Of a DNA stretch of 43,506 nucleotides, positions 37,198-43,506 are shown piece after piece. A program made the position numbers and the translations under genes. Numbering within the stretch: position 1 is the first letter of the stretch; each line of letters begins with the position of its first letter. The DNA lies in the IMG/VR virus record IMGVR_UViG_3300033485_000037, positions 1 to 43,506 of that record; one strand, written 5' to 3'. The notes beneath the pieces are model-generated. The model had not been told where the DNA came from. It saw nothing but the letters and a program-made list of their open reading frames with translations, and ran no database searches. Source of the stretch: a virus. Its lineage: Duplodnaviria > Caudoviricetes.

Positions 37198-39221
37198 TGG
37201 CTTGGGCTGATGCAGCTTCAGGGCAAATGGCAATTCTGGTAATCGCTGCGGAATTGTTTGTCCCGACTGAGGCTGTTTTGAATATCCGTGGCGTTGCCCA
37301 ATACAATTACGGCCATGCCTATGAGATTACAGATGCGGTTTCAGAAACCCATGAGGGAGCAGCCTATACCCCCATAAACTGCCCTGACCTTGCCGATGCT
37401 GTTGTAATTACGGATAGCGTTGAAGGGTTTCAGCCTCAATATGGCATAGGAACCGATACATTTATTCCCACGCAGGCAGTCGGCGGGCTGACAAGGGATT
37501 TGGCTATAGCCTCAACGTCCTTTGTCCCGATTCACGCGCTTGCGTGGATTGCTCCAACACTTTATGCCCAATCGGAATCCTTTGCTCCATCGGACACCGG
37601 AAGTGGGCTGTTTATACATTTTGGTTCCGGCTCTGATTCCATAATCCCCGACGATCTTGTAACCTACACCAAGGTAGAAGTAGGGCAAGCCACGCCGCTG
37701 TCGTATCCAGACCTCATAGATGCAGTTTCCTATGATGACTCTGCCGGAGGTCTGCTCCGCCATTATGGGACCGGCGCGGATTCATTTACTCCTACGCATG
37801 CTGTGACGGCGCAGCATCGCGCCTTATCCATATTCTCTACTTCATTTGCTCCTTCGGATACGGCAAACGGATTATTCACATACCTCGCGCAGGATGCGGA
37901 TTCCGTTCCATACTCGGATATAGTTGATTATTCAAAGCCGAATATGGGAGCTACGCCGCTCTCTTATCCCGATGGCGGAGATTCGTGGTATCCGGTTGAA
38001 GCTGATCTTGGGATCAGGGGAGTTTACCAGTACAACACCGGGATCGAAGATAACGCCGCTTCCTTTGCCGAAGCGATAGAGTACTCCACTGAAGCAAGCA
38101 TACTAGGCGGGTCATTTTCGGATGAAGTGCAATTATCCGATTCGCTCTCCGCTGTGCTTCGGCACCTCATTGCATTATCCGAGAAGGTATTCTACAGAAA
38201 TCAGATTACAGAGGCCACTCCTATACCCGTTGCCATATCGGATTTATTCGAGATTACGGAAAGTCCCGTATGGCTGCAGGGTGAATACGCTGTCGAATTC
38301 GAGGAGGATCAAGGGCAGAATTTTGCCGACCTGGGTGTAAAACAGACCACCACTGTAATCCTGCCTATCGAGAAGGCTTTCGGTGATGCGGATTGGCAGC
38401 TTGCGGATTTAATCGAATATCAGAAAGTTGAAAGCGGCCTGCTGCCCTTGCCTTATTCGTTCGGGGACACGCAAGGAGCTAACTGGTCTGACGGCGCAGA
38501 AGCCTTTAAGCCGATTCTGGCAGACTTTTCTGATAGCTGGACTGCGACCGATTCGGCGGCATACCGCTTCTCGCTCATCTATGCCCCCTCAGACTCATTG
38601 AGCATTACGGATGCGGCTAAATTAGCATTAAGCCTGCGCTATCAGTTAAGCGATGAACAGACCTACGACGACTCGGCAAACAAAGATCTATACATAATTC
38701 TTCCTGAATGGGTTCCGCTGCCCTATGCGTTTTCGGATTCATTCTCGCCGACCGATGCGTTTGATGCGTCCAGAAATCATGTAGCCAAATTCGCCACGGA
38801 GTTTGTTCCATCGGATTCAGGTTCCGCGCTGTTCGCTTATCTGGCAACCGCTACGGACACATGGGCGCCTGAAGACCTTTTGGATGCATATGTAAAACCT
38901 TCTGAAACCAAAGAGGCGCAACCGTTCGATTCTCTCACCCCATTGGATTCAGGTGCGGCTATTCTGAGGCAGTTCCCCGTATGCGGCGATGCGATAACGC
39001 CGCAGGATGTGATTGCGGCCCAGATGCGGATCATGTTCAGCCAGACCGAGGAGTTTGCGCCTGTTGATGGAATGTATCATGTCCCGTTATTGGCAAGAAG
39101 GATTCGGCGGATCAAGACGCATCTCGGGCCTACCGTCATTGTGGATGGATCGCTGATTCCCGCAGTTCATACGGATGGAACGCTTACTCCGGCAGTTCTT
39201 GTAAAAGAATGGATAGAGTAA
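37197..39221 (+). CDS. Acidic repetitive structural protein (~20-aa D-S-F-x-P-x-D repeats)
   Basis: DTFIPTQ, ESFAPSD, DSFTPTH, TSFAPSD, DSFSPTD, DSLTPLD; ATPLSYPD twice. Confidence 0.7.
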   Translation: MAWADAASGQMAILVIAAELFVPTEAVLNIRGVAQYNYGHAYEITDAVSETHEGAAYTPINCPDLADAVVITDSVEGFQPQYGIGTDTFIPTQAVGGLTRDLAIASTSFVPIHALAWIAPTLYAQSESFAPSDTGSGLFIHFGSGSDSIIPDDLVTYTKVEVGQATPLSYPDLIDAVSYDDSAGGLLRHYGTGADSFTPTHAVTAQHRALSIFSTSFAPSDTANGLFTYLAQDADSVPYSDIVDYSKPNMGATPLSYPDGGDSWYPVEADLGIRGVYQYNTGIEDNAASFAEAIEYSTEASILGGSFSDEVQLSDSLSAVLRHLIALSEKVFYRNQITEATPIPVAISDLFEITESPVWLQGEYAVEFEEDQGQNFADLGVKQTTTVILPIEKAFGDADWQLADLIEYQKVESGLLPLPYSFGDTQGANWSDGAEAFKPILADFSDSWTATDSAAYRFSLIYAPSDSLSITDAAKLALSLRYQLSDEQTYDDSANKDLYIILPEWVPLPYAFSDSFSPTDAFDASRNHVAKFATEFVPSDSGSALFAYLATATDTWAPEDLLDAYVKPSETKEAQPFDSLTPLDSGAAILRQFPVCGDAITPQDVIAAQMRIMFSQTEEFAPVDGMYHVPLLARRIRRIKTHLGPTVIVDGSLIPAVHTDGTLTPAVLVKEWIE

Positions 39222-39225
39222 CCTT

Positions 39226-39561
39226 ATGCCAAACGCAAGAATAGTACGAGGCAACAGGGTCAGGTCTTACATAGAATTCTCTGATTTGACCGGCTCCTAC
39301 ATTGATCCGCCTCTCTTACGCTTCAAGATTCAGACTCCGGACAATGTTTCCAAGACATGGACTTACGGAACGGATGCGGAAGTGGTCAAGGATTCAGTCG
39401 GCCATTACCACGCAGACGTTTCGCTCGGGACTCTTAAAGTGGATGCGAAATACATTTGCCGGTGGGAAGCGTTTGATCCGACATGGAATGAGGATGATTG
39501 CCTTGCCGCCAGGGAAACGGTAATAGAAACGGTTTCGGATTATAAGGAGATTCAATCGTGA
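39226..39561 (+). CDS. Small Ig-like beta-sandwich protein
   Basis: 'IVRGN..IDP..FKIQTPD..VGHYHADV..YICRWEA'. Confidence 0.55.
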   Translation: MPNARIVRGNRVRSYIEFSDLTGSYIDPPLLRFKIQTPDNVSKTWTYGTDAEVVKDSVGHYHADVSLGTLKVDAKYICRWEAFDPTWNEDDCLAARETVIETVSDYKEIQS

Positions 39562-39815
39562 TTTGGCTTAGCGTCTCCGTCGCGCTTCTCGCTGGCTTAT
39601 GGTTCTGGGACCATCGGGATAGTGCAAAGCTTTATATGGAATTGCTGAAGCGCATGGATGCCCTGCAAGCCGACAATCGCGCCCTAACCGAAGCTCTTGT
39701 GCGCTCCGAGGGGAAACCTTTGATATTCCGCAAGCCGGAAGAGAAGGACGGCGAGGGATGGTGGGACACAATGCAGCCAATAGCGCCACAGGTGAAAGAC
39801 AATGGCAACTCTTGA
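39558..39815 (+). CDS. Small membrane-anchored protein
   Basis: N-terminal TM helix plus coiled coil; AAGGAG RBS. Confidence 0.55.
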   Translation: MIWLSVSVALLAGLWFWDHRDSAKLYMELLKRMDALQADNRALTEALVRSEGKPLIFRKPEEKDGEGWWDTMQPIAPQVKDNGNS

Positions 39816-41871
39816 TGATTCGGGCAATGCCCAAGATTTGATGGCTAGAGCCGACAAGTTTGTTTCTGAAACCTGGACTCGCGTAAAAAACGCCTATTGG
39901 GTTAAGCATCAGCGGTTTTGGGAAGCCCGCCTGTTCTATGCCGGTCAGTTCTGGTTCGACTTCGACATCTACCGCAAGCAATTCACCCTGCAGCAGCCGA
40001 ATGATGACTTTGTTCCGCAGCCGCGCATCAATCGCTTCTCGCCCGCAATCGACAGCATAGCAAGCAATTTCGCCAGCATCCCAGAAGTGGAGGCCGTGCC
40101 GGTCCCGCAGGACGACGAAACTTCTATGGGGATCTGCGAAGTCATCAACGAACTGACGAAGCATTGCATCAAAGACAATGCCCTGCGCTCTGACTACAAG
40201 AGCGATGAAGACAAGGCGGGATACGCCGCGCAGGAGTTCGTGCTTTCCGGCTGCTGCTTCACTCAGGTTTATCCCGAAGATGAAGTGATAGGGAAACGGC
40301 CCAAGCAGGAGAAAAAGCAGGTAAACGCCTTCCAATGCCTGAATTGCGATATTTACCAGCAAACGACCGAACCTGTAATGGCCTGCCCTAAATGCGGCCA
40401 GCCTGTGCAACCGGAGACTGCCGAGCAGGTATCGCCCGTCCTGGGCGAAGACGGCCAGCCGGTGATGGAAGACGTAATCCGCAAAAAGATCATCGTGAAG
40501 ACCGGAGATCCCGGCCATGAGTTCCCGCGGCTCGGGGCCAGGAACATGGGCGAGTCCCCTTTCCATATTTGGGCCGAGCGATTCACCCTGGATGAAATCC
40601 GCAAGCGCTGGAAGTTTGAAGCCACGCCGGACGCGCTTCAGCCGGACGGCTTCTCGGTTGTTTACGATCATGCCCTGTCGTTCTGGCTTGTAGGCTTCAA
40701 TGCGGTCACGTATCAAGCAAACGACGCCGCGCTTGTCATTCAATGCTACATCGCGCCGGACTCGATGAAGGATTATCCCGAAGGGCTTTATGCCGTGATG
40801 ATCGGGGAGAAGGTGATTTATGCCGAACCGTGGCCTTTCGTCGAGCATCCCTTGACCAAGGGCGATTACATGCAGTTACCTTCCTTATTCTTCCCGAGAT
40901 CGGTTGCGGACGATCTTGTCGAACTGCAGCGGAGGAAGTGTATTTATGAAAGCATCATTGAGTTACACGCCAAAACCAGCGCCGTGGACCCGATGGTTAT
41001 TCATGAGGATACGGTTGTCACCAAGCCGACAGGGAAAGCGGATAAAATCATTTACTGGCGCTCAATCGCTCCGGGGATCAAAGAGCCTCACCGCATGGGG
41101 CATGGCGTCCTAGATCCTGAAGTTTACGCCAAAGTAGATAAAATCGACATGGAGTTCGATGTGGTATCGGCGGCATCAAGCGTATTTAGGGGAGAGCAGC
41201 CGGGAAGCGTGACGGCGGCATCGGCTATCGAAACATTGCGCGGCCAGGCCGAGATGCGATTTGCCAAGCCCGTGCAGAACTGGAACAATCTCTGGAAGGA
41301 AACCATCCGGAAAGTCATCAAGAATTACCAGAAATATTTGAGCTTCCCCGAGCTTGTTCAAATCTGCGGTGCGGATAAAACCATTCAGGTTCAGGCGTTC
41401 ATTCAGGCCGATATTGACAAATGCTGCGAATTTGTTGCGACCAATAACGGATTGCCGCGCACGCGCGATGAGCGCCGCCAGGAAATGATAGGGCTATTCG
41501 ACAAGGGAATCATTGACCCGGCAGACCCGAACGTAAGGCAGAAGATATTCGAGCTATTCGGCGAAACCGGAATGATGAAGACATTCAACGACGATGCCCG
41601 CAGGGCTAGAGTGAACGTCAGCCGCATCAAAGCGGGGCAGCCCGCCATGTTCCGGGCCGGGATAGACGATCCGCTCATTCACATGGGGATTGCGCTTGAA
41701 GCGGCCAAGAATCTCGACTTCGATCAATGGCTTCCTCAAGCTCAGCAAATGCTTCTTGGATACATTGAGTCAGTCAGGGCGGCGATCCCGCCTCCGGTTC
41801 CAGTAGGGCCGGACGGAAAGCCTGCGCCGCCTGAGCAGCAACAGGAGAATAAGCCTCCGGTTGTGCAATAA
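39802..41871 (+). CDS. Portal protein (P22-like)
   Basis: 689 aa; 'RLFYAGQFW..INRFSP..DDLVELQR..RGEQPGSVTAASAIETL', Pro/Gln tail. Confidence 0.85.
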   Translation: MATLDDSGNAQDLMARADKFVSETWTRVKNAYWVKHQRFWEARLFYAGQFWFDFDIYRKQFTLQQPNDDFVPQPRINRFSPAIDSIASNFASIPEVEAVPVPQDDETSMGICEVINELTKHCIKDNALRSDYKSDEDKAGYAAQEFVLSGCCFTQVYPEDEVIGKRPKQEKKQVNAFQCLNCDIYQQTTEPVMACPKCGQPVQPETAEQVSPVLGEDGQPVMEDVIRKKIIVKTGDPGHEFPRLGARNMGESPFHIWAERFTLDEIRKRWKFEATPDALQPDGFSVVYDHALSFWLVGFNAVTYQANDAALVIQCYIAPDSMKDYPEGLYAVMIGEKVIYAEPWPFVEHPLTKGDYMQLPSLFFPRSVADDLVELQRRKCIYESIIELHAKTSAVDPMVIHEDTVVTKPTGKADKIIYWRSIAPGIKEPHRMGHGVLDPEVYAKVDKIDMEFDVVSAASSVFRGEQPGSVTAASAIETLRGQAEMRFAKPVQNWNNLWKETIRKVIKNYQKYLSFPELVQICGADKTIQVQAFIQADIDKCCEFVATNNGLPRTRDERRQEMIGLFDKGIIDPADPNVRQKIFELFGETGMMKTFNDDARRARVNVSRIKAGQPAMFRAGIDDPLIHMGIALEAAKNLDFDQWLPQAQQMLLGYIESVRAAIPPPVPVGPDGKPAPPEQQQENKPPVVQ

Positions 41872-41917
41872 CGAGTTGCCTGCGCGGTAAGGGTTTGCCG
41901 TGCAGAAGCAAGCAGTT

Positions 41918-41950
41918 GAAGGTCGGGAATCAACCCGGCCTTCTTTATTA
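41918..41950 (+). terminator. Intrinsic-terminator-like hairpin
   Basis: GAAGGTCGGG-AATCAA-CCCGGCCTTC followed by TTTATTA; another hairpin at 41880-41905. Confidence 0.5.
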
Positions 41951-41964
41951 TAGGAGAAACCCAT

Positions 41965-42618
41965 ATGTCAAATAACTATACGGGTCAAGCCGCATTTGGC
42001 CTTGGCTCTACGAATACTGATGGCGTGCGAGTCTCTAAAACGGGAGCGCAGGTTGTCACGCAGTTGCATGGCCAGTACACAGAGCAGATGCTTCGAGGAA
42101 ACCTGTTTATGGCTACTACGGTCGTAACGGGTATTGCCTTGATCACTACTGCTGCAACCGGCAACCATCCTACTATATGGAATCCGGCCAATAGCGGAGT
42201 CAATGTCTCATTGGTGCATTTGGCGCTAATGGGTATTGCCGCAGGCACTCACGCTCCAACCGGCATCGGCTGGTACAAAACCGCTTCTGCCGGGTCATCC
42301 GTTGCTACGGGCGCTCCAATAGCAACATTCACCGAAGTCGCTCCGATAAATTGTCTTATCGGCGGCAGTCAGACATCAATGGTGAAATGGGCTCCTGCAA
42401 CATGCACCTTCACGGCCGCGCCTGCATTTTTATGCGGCGTGGATCTGACGCTTGCGACTTATGTGGTTACGGCGGTAGTGCCACCGTGGACCGCAGAAAA
42501 GAATTATGACGGCAAAATGGGCATCGCTCCGGGCAATGCCTTGTCCCTGTGTTCGACGGCGGCCACTACAACGGCGCTTCTGGTAGTCAAACTTGTTTGG
42601 GAAGAAATCCCTGTCTAA
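41965..42618 (+). CDS. Thr/Ala-rich putative virion protein
   Basis: AGGAG RBS; beta-rich; between portal and scaffold. Confidence 0.6.
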   Translation: MSNNYTGQAAFGLGSTNTDGVRVSKTGAQVVTQLHGQYTEQMLRGNLFMATTVVTGIALITTAATGNHPTIWNPANSGVNVSLVHLALMGIAAGTHAPTGIGWYKTASAGSSVATGAPIATFTEVAPINCLIGGSQTSMVKWAPATCTFTAAPAFLCGVDLTLATYVVTAVVPPWTAEKNYDGKMGIAPGNALSLCSTAATTTALLVVKLVWEEIPV

Positions 42619-42630
42619 AAGGAGGCTACT

Positions 42631-43146
42631 ATGGGTGCTAGAAAATTCACTTTACAGCCGTTGACCACGATCACCGCAGCCGCTCTCACGGCGGCAAGCG
42701 GGACGATTCACGGAAGTTTGAAGTATCTTGGCGTGGATGGCATTAAAAGGGCCGCCCTCGGGCTTCACGTTACCACTCACGACAACACCAACGCCAATGA
42801 AACCTATCAGTTCTACATCACTACGGGCATCAAGCTCCCTAGCGGCGTGTCGATGTATTGGGATCTTGGAGCCTATATCGTCGTTTCCGGAGCCGATGCG
42901 GTTGTTGGAGACATTATGATCATCGGTGAAGGTGCAAACGCGCCAACCAGCGTGGTTGCAAACGGCACCTTGACCGGCATCGCTCCGACACTCGCCAATG
43001 GAACCGATCTGGATACCAGGGGAACGATCACCACGGCCATCGTAAGGGAAGGCTTTTTCGGTGATTGGTTGTCATGGACGATTACGGGCGGCGGGACCAC
43101 TCCCGGCCCAATCACATTCCAAATTGCAGGAATTGTCTGGAGTTAG
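42631..43146 (+). CDS. Thr/Gly-rich putative virion protein
   Basis: AGGAGG RBS; beta-rich. Confidence 0.6.
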   Translation: MGARKFTLQPLTTITAAALTAASGTIHGSLKYLGVDGIKRAALGLHVTTHDNTNANETYQFYITTGIKLPSGVSMYWDLGAYIVVSGADAVVGDIMIIGEGANAPTSVVANGTLTGIAPTLANGTDLDTRGTITTAIVREGFFGDWLSWTITGGGTTPGPITFQIAGIVWS

Positions 43147-43170
43147 GAAGTAAAGCAGTTGATTCAATTC

Positions 43171-43208
43171 AAACGAAAAGCCTCGGATCATCCGGGGCTT
43201 TCGTTTTT
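43171..43208 (+). terminator. Intrinsic terminator
   Basis: AAAGCCTCGGA-TCA-TCCGGGGCTTT then CGTTTTT. Confidence 0.7.
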
Positions 43209-43220
43209 ATGGAGGAATGA

Positions 43221-43506
43221 ATGGGAAACGCAATAAGTCCGGCGGTATCGGCTGATGTAACGGTAGCCTCGCCAGCTCCAGCCGGATCACAGGCTGAATC
43301 GGCTCCCTCGCCAGGAGCGCAGCAAGGCAGCGGCACACCTTCGCCAGGTGTTGCACCTGAGTCTCCGAACATGAGGCAGCTCAGGGAAGCATATGAAGGT
43401 CTGAAAAAGCAGTATGAGCCTTACGAGAAACTAGGCAAGGCGGAAGAAATCCAGGGGCAGGTATCGGTGTATCAGAAACTCGCTACCCGCGCATTGGAGA
43501 TCGGCA
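43221..43506 (+). CDS. Capsid scaffolding protein, N-terminal part (continues at window start)
   Basis: GGAGG RBS; MGNAISPAVSAD...AEEIQGQVSVYQKLATRALEIG open into the terminal repeat. Confidence 0.7.
   Translation, partial: MGNAISPAVSADVTVASPAPAGSQAESAPSPGAQQGSGTPSPGVAPESPNMRQLREAYEGLKKQYEPYEKLGKAEEIQGQVSVYQKLATRALEIG
43442..43506. repeat. Terminal direct repeat, right copy
   Basis: 64/65 match to 1-65. Confidence 0.95.

Noticed and set aside
39568-40848. 426-aa minus-strand ORF
   Set aside because: Antisense shadow of the portal gene with no recognisable motifs.

Overview
The window looks like a complete ~43.4 kb tailed-phage genome (Caudoviricetes, podovirus-like: P22-type portal, nozzle and ejection proteins, no tape measure or sheath). 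Bases 1-65 repeat at 43442-43506 with one synonymous mismatch, and the scaffolding gene reads across the join. Gene order, almost all on +: scaffold, major capsid, tail nozzle and ejection proteins, tailspike, lysis cassette (DUF5675), divergent RHH/HTH regulators, early recombination/replication/DNA-methylation genes with two HNH-type endonucleases, Xis-like HTH with a putative late promoter, TerS/TerL, a ~9.7 kb island, portal and two Thr/Ala-rich proteins. I found no integrase, partition system, tRNA, CRISPR array or reverse transcriptase. The best candidate for an undescribed system is the terminase-to-portal island. It combines a GT2-methyltransferase fusion and a CmcI-type O-methyltransferase with a repetitive acidic protein, Gly-rich, lectin-like and beta-helix proteins that share short terminal motifs, suggesting a glycosylated virion appendage (inference). 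Other signals the ORF track misses: an antisense leaderless membrane peptide beside the ejection genes, an orphan signal peptide, an HNH insertion that appears to have replaced a nuclease N-terminus, a 4x21-bp palindromic array after the capsid gene, and 10-bp phased repeats at the late promoter. All family assignments are from motif recognition by eye; no searches were run.
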